This document shows, one piece after another, positions 34,921 to 44,319 of a stretch of DNA of 55,045 bases. Within the stretch, counting starts at the first letter, position 1. Every line of letters starts with the position of its first letter. This stretch comes from a virus (taxonomy: Duplodnaviria > Caudoviricetes). Below the pieces are notes generated by a model. That model ran no database searches. It saw only the letters and a list, made by a program, of their open reading frames with translations, and was not told the DNA's origin. The position numbers were made by a program, and so were the translations under genes. The stretch is from IMG/VR virus record IMGVR_UViG_3300006790_001053, positions 1-55,045 of that record; one strand, 5' to 3'.

Positions 34921-36240
34921 ATGGGTAAAATTAAAGTTTTAGTTCTACCATCAGATAGAACAGGTGTCTCTAAGTTTCGTTCAGTAGAGCCACACATGAA
35001 ATTACAACAATTATATGGTGATGAGTTCCATGTAGATATAATAACTGCTGGTACCATCGAATTTGATTGGGAGGATGATTCTGTTTATAAAAATTATGAC
35101 ATAGTTCATTTTCATAGAGCAATCCCCAAAAGAGTCAGTAATCAAGTAAGACAAACTTATTTAGAAGAATCATTTAGAATATTAGATAAATTAAAATCTT
35201 TAGGAATCGTCACAGTAATGGATTTAGATGATTATTGGGCTCCTACTAAAGAACACCCAGCTTATCAACTAATGGTTAGAGAAAATCTACCTCACAAAAT
35301 TAAAGAAAATTTAAAGAGAGCTGATTTTATTACAACAACTACACCTATCTTTGCTGAAGAGATACGTAAATACAATAAAAATGTAATAGTGTTACCTAAC
35401 GCTATTGACCCTTCAGAGAAACAATTCACACCGAAGAAAGAAGAAACAGATAAAGATTTAAGATTCGGATGGTTAGGTGGTTCATCACATTTTCACGATT
35501 TAAAATTAATGAGTAATGGAGTATCCCAATTCTTAAACACCTACAAAGATAGAACACAATTTGTTTTATGTGGTTTTGATACAAGAGGTAATATAACAGA
35601 AATTGATAGGAGTACTGGTCAACAAAGAACAAGACCGATTAAACCACAAGAAAGTGTATGGTCTAGATACGAAGAAATGTTTACTAATAACTTAAAATTA
35701 GTAACACCAGAATATTCAGAAATTTTAACTAAGTATGATAGAGAGAATGAAGAAAAGGCAGCTATTAAAAATGATGTATATCGTAGAGTTTGGACAGAAC
35801 CTATCACATCATTCGCTGCTAACTACAATTTATTCGATGTTTCTATGGCTCCACTTAAGGACCACACCTTCAACTTAGTTAAATCACAATTAAAAGTTAT
35901 TGAAGCTGGTTTCCATAAAAAAGCTTTAATAGCTCAAGATTTTGGACCTTATCAAATAGATTGTGTTAATCTAATAGAGAAAGGTGGAAAGATTAATGAA
36001 AATGGTAACGCAATTCTAGTTGAAAAACACAAAAACCATAAAGATTGGTTTAAAGCGATGAAAAAATTGATTGAAAATCCAGAATTAGTTGATTTATTAC
36101 AAAATAATTTGTATAATACAGTCAAAGAGAGATATCATATAGATACAGTTACCAAAAAGAGAGCTGAATTTTATAAAAGTATTCTCCAAAATAATGAAAA
36201 AGAAGTAGAACAATTAATTGAAGAAACAAATGCAGTTTAA
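34921..36240 (+). CDS. GT-B (GT4-like) glycosyltransferase
   Basis: MDLDDYW, VLPNAID, GWLGGSSHFHDL and APLKDHTFNLVKSQLKVIEAG motifs. Confidence 0.85.
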   Translation: MGKIKVLVLPSDRTGVSKFRSVEPHMKLQQLYGDEFHVDIITAGTIEFDWEDDSVYKNYDIVHFHRAIPKRVSNQVRQTYLEESFRILDKLKSLGIVTVMDLDDYWAPTKEHPAYQLMVRENLPHKIKENLKRADFITTTTPIFAEEIRKYNKNVIVLPNAIDPSEKQFTPKKEETDKDLRFGWLGGSSHFHDLKLMSNGVSQFLNTYKDRTQFVLCGFDTRGNITEIDRSTGQQRTRPIKPQESVWSRYEEMFTNNLKLVTPEYSEILTKYDRENEEKAAIKNDVYRRVWTEPITSFAANYNLFDVSMAPLKDHTFNLVKSQLKVIEAGFHKKALIAQDFGPYQIDCVNLIEKGGKINENGNAILVEKHKNHKDWFKAMKKLIENPELVDLLQNNLYNTVKERYHIDTVTKKRAEFYKSILQNNEKEVEQLIEETNAV

Positions 36241-36940
36241 AGTAGACAAATTATTATTTTTTGATATAGAAACAGTAAGTCAATATAACGATTTATACGA
36301 CTTACCAGAAAGAGATTTTGAAATGTGGATGAGATATTATAACTCATTTAGAAAAAGAGTTACAGAAGAATCTAAAATTACTGAATCCATGTCAGAAAAA
36401 GAAATATTCCAAGAAGTATATAGACAAACAGCGGCTTTCTTTCCAGAATTTGGTAAAGTAGCTTGTGTCTCAATGGCTTTCGTAACTAAGACTGGTGAAG
36501 TTAGATATGAGTCTTTCTATGGTGAAGATGAAATGGAAATTTTGTTAAACACTAGAAAGGTCTTTGATAAAGTAGCTTCATTAGGTTTTGATTTATGTGG
36601 TCAGAGTGTTAAAATGTTTGATATACCTTTCTTAGGTAAAAGATTCTTTATAAATGGTTTAAAGACTCCTACAATGTTTCCTACACACGAAACTAAACCT
36701 TGGGAAATCAGAGTTGTGGATACAAAAGAGGTGTGGCAATTTGGTAACAATTGGTCACTTAGTTCTTTAGATTTAGTATGTTCAGCTTTAGATATAGATT
36801 CTCCTAAGAATGGTGACGTTAAAGGAGATAGTGTAACTACTGGATATTGGGAAGGTAAACATGAAGAAATCAAAGAATATTGTGAGAGAGATGTTAAAGC
36901 TTTAGTTGATATAATAAATAAAATTAACGACTTAAAATAA
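36230..36940 (+). CDS. Stand-alone PolB-type DEDDy 3'-5' exonuclease
   Basis: FFDIET, FDIPFL, VDTKEVW and YCERDV motifs. Start at ATG 36230. Confidence 0.85.
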   Translation: MQFKVDKLLFFDIETVSQYNDLYDLPERDFEMWMRYYNSFRKRVTEESKITESMSEKEIFQEVYRQTAAFFPEFGKVACVSMAFVTKTGEVRYESFYGEDEMEILLNTRKVFDKVASLGFDLCGQSVKMFDIPFLGKRFFINGLKTPTMFPTHETKPWEIRVVDTKEVWQFGNNWSLSSLDLVCSALDIDSPKNGDVKGDSVTTGYWEGKHEEIKEYCERDVKALVDIINKINDLK

Positions 36941-37518
36941 TGGCTGAAATTAAAGAACAAATACAAGAGTTAGAATATCTATTAACCCTAGATGTTTTAC
37001 ATGAAGAACAAAGAAAAGAAATTGAACAAGCATTATCTTTAATGCGTGAAGTCAAAGAACATAGAGAAGATATAAGTAAAATCAAAACTAAGTTCATCAA
37101 TAAATCAGACAATGAGAACCCAACTTACGCAAAAGAAGGGGATTCTGGTTTTGATTTAAGAGCTAATGAAGGTGGTACTTTGAGGTCTCTAGAAAGAAAA
37201 TTAGTTTCTACTGGACTTTATTTTGAACTACAAGAAGGATATGAATTACAGATTAGACCAAGAAGTGGTTTAGCTTATAAAAACGGTATAACTGTATTAA
37301 ACTCACCAGGAACAGTAGATACTGGTTATAGAGGTGAAGTAAAAGTACTTTTAGTTAATTTAAGTAACGATGATTTCACTTGGGAAAAAGGTGAAAGAAT
37401 AGCACAAGGGGTTATAACATCCAGAGTTAGTACTGATTTCGGTGAGTTAGAGGAGGTTAAAGAATTAACTGAATCCGAAAGAGGGTCTGGTGGTTTTGGT
37501 TCAACTGGTAGAATGTAA
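36940..37518 (+). CDS. dut: Trimeric dUTPase with N-terminal helical extension
   Basis: SGFDL, RPRSGLA, GTVDTGYRGE, ERIAQ and RGSGGFGSTG motifs. Confidence 0.96.
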   Translation: MAEIKEQIQELEYLLTLDVLHEEQRKEIEQALSLMREVKEHREDISKIKTKFINKSDNENPTYAKEGDSGFDLRANEGGTLRSLERKLVSTGLYFELQEGYELQIRPRSGLAYKNGITVLNSPGTVDTGYRGEVKVLLVNLSNDDFTWEKGERIAQGVITSRVSTDFGELEEVKELTESERGSGGFGSTGRM

Positions 37519-38012
37519 TGAGTGTTGTAGCGGTTAAAGTAACAGATAAGAAAATAACTATCGGAGCTGATAGTATATTAGTTTCTCACGGTACCACCCA
37601 AGAAAAAGATAAGTTCGCTAAACTAAACAAAGTTAACGATATTATTATTGGTGATGTGGGTGATGCTCAAGAAGGTGGTTTGTTTTTAATGTTTTGTAGA
37701 ACACGTAAACCTAGAGAAGCTTCAGTTGAAGCCATAATAGAGTTTATGTCAGAGTTCCAAGATTGGATGAAGAACAAAACTGATGAGAGTAAACTAAGTA
37801 ATGAGTATATTTTAGTTTTAGATAAAAAAGCCTTTCTTGTGGAAGGATTTTTTGTTAAAGAGATAACGGACTTTACAGCTATTGGTGCGGGTATGGACTT
37901 TTCTTTGTCAGCACTTTACTTAGGTAACTCCGTTAAAGAATCAATAAAAGCGGCTTGTCATTTATCGGTTTATTGTGAAGAACCCATTAATATAATGGAG
38001 GTTAAAAAATGA
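37518..38012 (+). CDS. Ntn-hydrolase, HslV/proteasome-beta-like protein
   Basis: SVVAVK...IGADS...K...AIGAG...ALSAL...AACHLSVYC layout. Confidence 0.7.
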   Translation: MSVVAVKVTDKKITIGADSILVSHGTTQEKDKFAKLNKVNDIIIGDVGDAQEGGLFLMFCRTRKPREASVEAIIEFMSEFQDWMKNKTDESKLSNEYILVLDKKAFLVEGFFVKEITDFTAIGAGMDFSLSALYLGNSVKESIKAACHLSVYCEEPINIMEVKK

Positions 38013-38182
38013 TTTTTTCAGAGAGAGAAAGGGAAAAGTTGGAGTCTCGTTTAAAAAAAACTAAAATAGAATTAACCATGAGGGATAGATTAGATGGTTG
38101 GTACATAAAGTCGTTGGAAGATAAAATAAAAGAAATAGAATCTAAAATAGGATTAAAAAAACATAGTTTTAAAGATGGTTAG
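38009..38182 (+). CDS. Hypothetical 57-aa protein (below the ORF-track cut-off)
   Basis: MIFSEREREKLESRLKKTKIELTMRDRLDGWYIKSLEDKIKEIESKIGLKKHSFKDG; ATGA overlap upstream and 8-nt overlap downstream fill the gap exactly. Confidence 0.65.
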   Translation: MIFSEREREKLESRLKKTKIELTMRDRLDGWYIKSLEDKIKEIESKIGLKKHSFKDG

Positions 38183-39719
38183 TGTTATTTACTCTACTAG
38201 AAAAGATAAACCAGAATTTATTGAACAAATAGAAAAAACATCTGGTGTACATAAGATAGAAATCATTCAAATTATTAATGACGGTGAAATGTCATTGACA
38301 GAGGCTTACAATAAAGGATTAGAAGAGTCTAATAATGATATTGTTGTTTTTTGTCATGATGATATTATTTTTGATACTAAAAATTGGGGCAGAAAATTAA
38401 CCTCTATTTTCAAAAAGAATCCAGAATACGGTATAATAGGTATTGCTGGTACAACTGATTTAGTAGACGGTAGATGGTGGACCTTAAAAGAATCTATGAA
38501 TGGAATAGTATCACACCAACACGAAGGTAAGAAATGGACTAATTATTATTCCAAAGACCAAGGTAATAAAATAACTGATATGGTTGTTTTAGATGGTCTT
38601 TTCTTAGCTGTAAATAAAAATAAAATAAAACATACTTTTGATGAAGATTTTCATGGATTTCATTTCTATGATATTTCTTTTTGTTTCCCAAATTACTTAG
38701 ATGGTGTGAAAGTGGGTTTAACTACACAAATAAGAGTTACTCATCTATCTATTGGAGAAACAAACAAACAGTGGGAAGGTCATAAAGTTAGATTTGAAGA
38801 AAAATATAAAGATAAGTTACCAATTAGATTAACTAATAATAAAACCTTTGAGGAGAAGTTAGAATTTAATCCTAAGAATATTGGTTTTGGTATGGTGACT
38901 TATAATGCTGAACATAGAATTAAACAAAGTGCTTTTACTGTTCCAGATTGGGTAGAAAATTTTGTCATTGTAAACGATGGTACACCATACAACGAAGACT
39001 CTTACCCCAAACACGCAAAGATAATACAACACGAAGTAAATAAATCGGTAGGAGCAGCTAAAACAACAGCTATAAATTATTTAATGAAGAATACGGATTG
39101 TGAACATATTTTCATAATGGAGGATGATATTCTAATTAAAGATGAAAAGGTATTTGAAGAGTATATAAAACACTCTCTCATATCTGGTATTAAACATTTA
39201 AATTTTGGTTTACATGGACCAGCTAACAAAAAAGATGGACAAGGTTTCACTAGTTTAGAAGATAGAAAAGATACTGAAGGTGAACCAAATCCTAGGATGT
39301 TAATACCGTATAAAAATGAAGAAGAAGATGAGGCAGATGTTACTATCGCTTTATACCCTAATTGTGTTGGGGCGTTTTCTTATTACTATAGACCTGTTCT
39401 AGAAGACATTGGTGGATTTGACCCTAATTTTAAAAACGCTTGGGAACACGTAGAACATACTTATCAAGCAATCAAAAAAGGGTATCATCCAGCTTTTTGG
39501 TATTTCGCTGATATTAATAAGAGTTGGGAGTATTTAACGGACATACCCAATTCAATAGAAGAGAGTACAATAGCTAGAACACCAACATGGAACGATAACT
39601 TTAGAAAGGGTACTTTATGGTATAAAAAGAAACATGGAGTTACCCCAACTGAAACACCTTTGGCTACAAAAGAGTTAGTCCAAAAACAATTACACGCAAT
39701 ATATCAAAATAGAGGATAA
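38175..39719 (+). CDS. Two-domain GT2 (GT-A) glycosyltransferase
   Basis: Domain 1: AYNKG, FCHDD, LDGLF, HFYD. Domain 2: VTYN, VNDG, IMEDD, WEHVE. Confidence 0.88.
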   Translation: MVSVIYSTRKDKPEFIEQIEKTSGVHKIEIIQIINDGEMSLTEAYNKGLEESNNDIVVFCHDDIIFDTKNWGRKLTSIFKKNPEYGIIGIAGTTDLVDGRWWTLKESMNGIVSHQHEGKKWTNYYSKDQGNKITDMVVLDGLFLAVNKNKIKHTFDEDFHGFHFYDISFCFPNYLDGVKVGLTTQIRVTHLSIGETNKQWEGHKVRFEEKYKDKLPIRLTNNKTFEEKLEFNPKNIGFGMVTYNAEHRIKQSAFTVPDWVENFVIVNDGTPYNEDSYPKHAKIIQHEVNKSVGAAKTTAINYLMKNTDCEHIFIMEDDILIKDEKVFEEYIKHSLISGIKHLNFGLHGPANKKDGQGFTSLEDRKDTEGEPNPRMLIPYKNEEEDEADVTIALYPNCVGAFSYYYRPVLEDIGGFDPNFKNAWEHVEHTYQAIKKGYHPAFWYFADINKSWEYLTDIPNSIEESTIARTPTWNDNFRKGTLWYKKKHGVTPTETPLATKELVQKQLHAIYQNRG

Positions 39720-40453
39720 TGGAAAAGAATTTTGAAACAACATTTTTAATCTCAACATTTAACAATGTTGAGTACATCGAAGAGTGTTTAGACTCAATAG
39801 AGAACCAAACTTATTTTAAAGACGGAGAAGCTAGATTCCAAGTTTTAATTGGAGTAGATGGTTGTCCCAAAACTTATGAAAAAATATTAGAAATAAAAGA
39901 TAAGTATCGTAATTTAGATGTTTATAATCTAGAGAAAAATATGGGAGCTTATATCGCTCTTAACACTTTAATACCACATATCAAATACGATAATATAATA
40001 GTATTTGGTAGTGATGATGTTATGGTACCAGAAGCCATAGATATTTTATCCAAAGTAGATAATCAATATGATATCGTTAAGTTTCTTTATAAAGTATTTC
40101 AAAACAACATACAGAATGTTGTGGCGAATGCTAGAGCCACAGCGGCTGGAGCTATTATGGTTAGAAAAAGAGTTTTTGATATGTGTGGGGGTTATCACCA
40201 CAATAGATTTTCTTCAGACTTTGAATTATTAACTAGATTACATAAATTTACAAAAACGATTAACCTAAAAGATTATATTTTTTATTATAGAGCACATCAA
40301 AAAAGTTTAACCACAACAGTTAATAAAACAAAAAGAATTCAATTCGATAATATGGTTAGGAGAACTAATTACACCAAAGATAACCTTAAAATCGACCCTA
40401 TTGTTTCTAGAATAAAAGATAGTTTTACAACTTTCAAAGAAAACGTAGTATGA
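39719..40453 (+). CDS. GT2 glycosyltransferase
   Basis: ISTFNNVEYIEECLDSI, GVDG, GSDD, SDFEL and YYRAH motifs. Confidence 0.9.
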   Translation: MEKNFETTFLISTFNNVEYIEECLDSIENQTYFKDGEARFQVLIGVDGCPKTYEKILEIKDKYRNLDVYNLEKNMGAYIALNTLIPHIKYDNIIVFGSDDVMVPEAIDILSKVDNQYDIVKFLYKVFQNNIQNVVANARATAAGAIMVRKRVFDMCGGYHHNRFSSDFELLTRLHKFTKTINLKDYIFYYRAHQKSLTTTVNKTKRIQFDNMVRRTNYTKDNLKIDPIVSRIKDSFTTFKENVV

Positions 40454-41058
40454 TAGAAAAATTAGAACATATACAACCTAATTTAAAAATTAGTGAAAAT
40501 GTAGCTGTTATTGGTTCTAGTTATACTTTATTAAACAATCAATATGGTGAAGAGATTGATAGTTTTGATGATGTTATTAGATTTAATAGAGCTCCAATTA
40601 AGGGTTTTGAAGATCACGTTGGTACTAAAACAACTGTAAGAGCAGCTAATATTCATGTTTTTACTGGTAGACCACCAGATAGTAGATTTAATATAAAAAC
40701 ACAGAACCCAAAGTTCATAAAAAATGAAAAAAATTGTAATATAGTATGTGTTCAAAAGGTGTCAAACGCTAATAAATTTGTTCATGAAAGTTCAAAACCA
40801 TATTTTATGGATTCTATGTCATTTTTAAACAATAAATACAATCTAGGTAAAGACCCAACAGTAGGTTTTAGGATGATATACATATTAATAACTAATAACT
40901 ATAAACCCACGTTATTTGGTTTTGGTGTTAATGAATCCGATAAACCAACACATTATTGGGAAAAACTAAACCACAAATCTACTTACCATAATTTAAATAA
41001 AGAGAGAGATATTATTAAAAAATGGGTAGAAAAAGGTAAAGTTACAATAAAATTATAA
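40450..41058 (+). CDS. GT29 sialyltransferase-family protein
   Basis: Sialylmotif L VAVIGSS...GEEIDSFDDVIRFNRAPIKGFEDHVGTKTT, motif S PTVG...LFGF, motif III HYWE and motif VS HNLNKE. Confidence 0.88.
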   Translation: MIEKLEHIQPNLKISENVAVIGSSYTLLNNQYGEEIDSFDDVIRFNRAPIKGFEDHVGTKTTVRAANIHVFTGRPPDSRFNIKTQNPKFIKNEKNCNIVCVQKVSNANKFVHESSKPYFMDSMSFLNNKYNLGKDPTVGFRMIYILITNNYKPTLFGFGVNESDKPTHYWEKLNHKSTYHNLNKERDIIKKWVEKGKVTIKL

Positions 41059-41061
41059 TAT

Positions 41062-41388
41062 ATGATTATTTATGTAGATATTGATGAGACCATTTGTAGT
41101 AAATCAGAAGATTTGGATTATAGTAAAGCAGAACCTTGGGTTGGTAGGATAGAATATATAAATGGGTTATATGATAAAGGTCACACCGTAATTTATTGGA
41201 CCGCTAGAGGTAGTGGGACAGGAAAGGATTGGTCAGAAGTGACCAAAACACAATTTCAAAAATGGGGAGTAAAATACCATGGCTTAAAATTTAAAAAACC
41301 AGTATACGATATTTTTATAGACGATAAAAATATAAATTCTTTAGATTGGGATAAATTTAAAGAAAAAACTTTATTTAATGATAAATAA
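41062..41388 (+). CDS. Small capless HAD phosphatase (capsule-biosynthesis type)
   Basis: DIDET, WTARG, KKP and IDDK motifs. Confidence 0.85.
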   Translation: MIIYVDIDETICSKSEDLDYSKAEPWVGRIEYINGLYDKGHTVIYWTARGSGTGKDWSEVTKTQFQKWGVKYHGLKFKKPVYDIFIDDKNINSLDWDKFKEKTLFNDK

Positions 41389-42325
41389 TAATTATAGTGA
41401 ATATATGAATTTTAATAAACCAGTATACCCACTATGCCCTTCTTTTGATAAAGAAGATAATTTCTCAATAGAGGTAGAATCTACTAAAAAATATATTAAA
41501 TTTTTAAGTGAAAATGGGGTTAACTCGATAATGACAACTGCTGGTACCTCACAATTTAATTTACTCTCAGTTGAAGAGACGCGTAAATTAAATCAGTGTT
41601 TATCTTATTTTGGTGGGAACAAAATAGTTGGTATCCCACCATTGTCTTTACAACATATTGGGGGGGAAATAAAATATTATAATAATTATTTTTCAGGTTT
41701 AGATAATGTTTTTTATCTAATATTATTTCCAGAAAGGTACTACACCAACGAACAAATTATAAAATATTTTAAACAAATAGATAGACTAAGTAATTTTCCT
41801 ATTCTAGCTCATGGTAACACATTAAAAAAAGGTTATGGTGGTACGTATATATATGAAAATGGTTTATTGAAAGGGTTGTCTAAAATACCTAAATTTATTG
41901 GTATAAAAGAAGAATCACCTACTATCGATTTCTCAATAAAAGAAATGTCTGATTTAAATTTAGAAATTATAGTTGCTGGTGGTAGTATGAGGAGGTTTTG
42001 GTGTTTAGAACCTTTCGGTGCTACTTCTTATTTGAGTGGGGTTGGTAGTTTTTTCCCTTCTCTAGAAGAATCTTTTTATGAACATTATAAAAAAAATGAA
42101 ATAGTTGAGGCTAAAAATATAATGTTGAATATAGAAAAACCTCTTTTTGATGTCTTCATGTCAATAGGTTGGCATGCTAGTATGAGGTTTACGTTACAAA
42201 AAATGGGTTTTATAAAAGACAATAGAGACCCTTTTATTGAAATTGGTGAAGAAGAAGAAAACAAAATTAATCATATAATAGAAAAAATTAAAAATTATGA
42301 AGACGTTTATTATAGGACCGTGTAG
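41378..42325 (+). CDS. DHDPS/N-acetylneuraminate lyase-family class I aldolase
   Basis: AGTSQFNLLSVEE and Schiff-base GIKEES. Confidence 0.8.
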   Translation: MINNNYSEYMNFNKPVYPLCPSFDKEDNFSIEVESTKKYIKFLSENGVNSIMTTAGTSQFNLLSVEETRKLNQCLSYFGGNKIVGIPPLSLQHIGGEIKYYNNYFSGLDNVFYLILFPERYYTNEQIIKYFKQIDRLSNFPILAHGNTLKKGYGGTYIYENGLLKGLSKIPKFIGIKEESPTIDFSIKEMSDLNLEIIVAGGSMRRFWCLEPFGATSYLSGVGSFFPSLEESFYEHYKKNEIVEAKNIMLNIEKPLFDVFMSIGWHASMRFTLQKMGFIKDNRDPFIEIGEEEENKINHIIEKIKNYEDVYYRTV

Positions 42326-43034
42326 TTTAGAAACATATGAATTATCTTATGAAGTATTAAAAAAAGTTCATCCATATATGGGTGAAAAAGATTTTTATTT
42401 TAAAGGTTCTTTTGACAAAGCAAACAGAAGTTCAATTACTGGTAAAAGAGGTCCAGGATTAGAAGAAGGATTAAACATTTTTAAACAATTAAAAAAAGAT
42501 TTTCCTGGGTTACAAACAACTACTGATGTACACGAAGTTCATCAAGTAGAGAAACTTAGTGAAGTTATTGATTTAATCCAAATACCCGCCTTTTTATGTA
42601 GACAAACAGATTTATTGGTGGAATCGGCTAAACATTTTAACAAGGTAAATATTAAGAAGGGACAGTGGATGTCACCACAAAACATGGTAAAAGGTGTAGA
42701 TAAACTAAAGACCACTAATTCCAATTGTGATGTTTGGGTGTGTGAAAGAGGTACAGCATTGGGTTATTCACAATTAATAGTAGATTTCGCATCTGTTGAT
42801 ATATTAAAAGAACATTTTGATAAGGTTATATTAGATTGTACACATTCCGCTCAATTAACAAAACCAAACGGTAGAATAGGTGGAAACCCAAAGTTAGCAG
42901 AGAGATACTTTAAAGCAGCAGAGATATTTGGGTATGATGGCGTATTTGTGGAAGCTCATCCAACACCTTCATTATCTTATTCAGACGCGGATTCAGTATT
43001 ACCATTAGATGTTATGGAAAATTTATTAAAATAA
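42297..43034 (+). CDS. kdsA: KDO 8-phosphate synthase (metal-dependent type)
   Basis: GPC, FDKANRSS, QIPAFLCRQTDLL, NIKKGQ, ERG, DCTH, EAHP and SD motifs. Confidence 0.95.
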   Translation: MKTFIIGPCSLETYELSYEVLKKVHPYMGEKDFYFKGSFDKANRSSITGKRGPGLEEGLNIFKQLKKDFPGLQTTTDVHEVHQVEKLSEVIDLIQIPAFLCRQTDLLVESAKHFNKVNIKKGQWMSPQNMVKGVDKLKTTNSNCDVWVCERGTALGYSQLIVDFASVDILKEHFDKVILDCTHSAQLTKPNGRIGGNPKLAERYFKAAEIFGYDGVFVEAHPTPSLSYSDADSVLPLDVMENLLK

Positions 43035-43690
43035 TGAAAATTTCTGTTTTAGGTGATAGTCACTGTAGAGTTTTTAGTAATACAAATGTATTTACACCTT
43101 TCTTTTTAGGACCTGGTAGTAAATTCAACCTAATACAAAACTCAAAAGGGATAAAAACAAAATTAAAAGGGTTATTAAAAGAGATAGGTAAAAAATATGA
43201 TTACAACATGTTAATATTTGGGGAACCTTCTTGTAGGTACCAAGTCAACAACGACCACTACATTTATAGTAAAAACTTTGAACGGTATGATGTCGTCAAC
43301 GAAGAACATCTAAAAACAATGGTAGATAGGTATGAAGATATCATTACCACTTTTAAAGATTATAATTTAATAGTTTGTGCACCAATATCTGTTTACACAC
43401 AATCTATTAAATTTTCTAATATATTCTCATCTAAAATTAAAAAAATTTGTGAAAAAAATAATATTCACTTTGTAGATATTAAAAAAGAAATTATAAACGA
43501 TGGTGGTTTTGTTGACGAAGATTATAAATCCGACCCAATACACGCATCACAAAAAGTATTAAAATTTATAGAAAAAAGTTTAAACGAAATAGATATTAAT
43601 ATAAAAATAGAAATAATTAAAACTGAAAGTTTTAAAGAAATAAAAAATAAATATAAATTTAATCAAAAATTCAATTGTTATGTATATTAA
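43034..43690 (+). CDS. SGNH/GDSL hydrolase-like protein
   Basis: LGDSH, FGEPSCR and DPIH motifs. Confidence 0.65.
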   Translation: MKISVLGDSHCRVFSNTNVFTPFFLGPGSKFNLIQNSKGIKTKLKGLLKEIGKKYDYNMLIFGEPSCRYQVNNDHYIYSKNFERYDVVNEEHLKTMVDRYEDIITTFKDYNLIVCAPISVYTQSIKFSNIFSSKIKKICEKNNIHFVDIKKEIINDGGFVDEDYKSDPIHASQKVLKFIEKSLNEIDINIKIEIIKTESFKEIKNKYKFNQKFNCYVY

Positions 43691-44315
43691 AAAGTTTTGG
43701 GAATCTGTATCTGAGGATTGGAGGCATTTCTCCAGTGGGCCTAAAAAAATGAAGGATAATAAAAAGAAATATATTATTAATAATGTTAACAACCATATAT
43801 TCTCAAAAATTAATAAAGATGAGATAGAAACCACGTTAGATTGGGGTTGTGGTGGTGGAATATTATCCAAAGAGATAAGTAAATTCTCTAAAGTAGGTAT
43901 TGTAGATCTAACTAAAACTAGTTTAGAGAATGCTAAAAAGTATTTAGGTGAAAAAAATTATCTTTTAGATATAGAGTTACCAAACGATATATCTGAATAT
44001 AGTTACGATGGACCTAAAGTTGACTTAGTTTTTTGTCACGCAGTTATCCAACATTTCCCCACAATAAATTATTTTGAAAAAGTTTTATCAGTGTGGGAAG
44101 ATATAAATCCTAAATATATTGCCATACAAATTAAATTAGATAATGAAACTAAAGAATGTAAAAATTACGAGAAAGAGTTTTTAAATGGTTTATTTTTTAG
44201 TGAGGATGATATCATAAAATATTTTAATGATATTAATTATAAAAATATAAGTATTGGATATAGTAAAACTTTAAATAATAAAATTAAGTTAGGTTACTAC
44301 GTTTTTAAAAAATAA
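43680..44315 (+). CDS. Class I SAM-dependent methyltransferase
   Basis: LDWGCGGG, IVDL and DLVFCHAVIQHFP motifs. Confidence 0.88.
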   Translation: MYIKKFWESVSEDWRHFSSGPKKMKDNKKKYIINNVNNHIFSKINKDEIETTLDWGCGGGILSKEISKFSKVGIVDLTKTSLENAKKYLGEKNYLLDIELPNDISEYSYDGPKVDLVFCHAVIQHFPTINYFEKVLSVWEDINPKYIAIQIKLDNETKECKNYEKEFLNGLFFSEDDIIKYFNDINYKNISIGYSKTLNNKIKLGYYVFKK

Positions 44316-44319
44316 AAAT

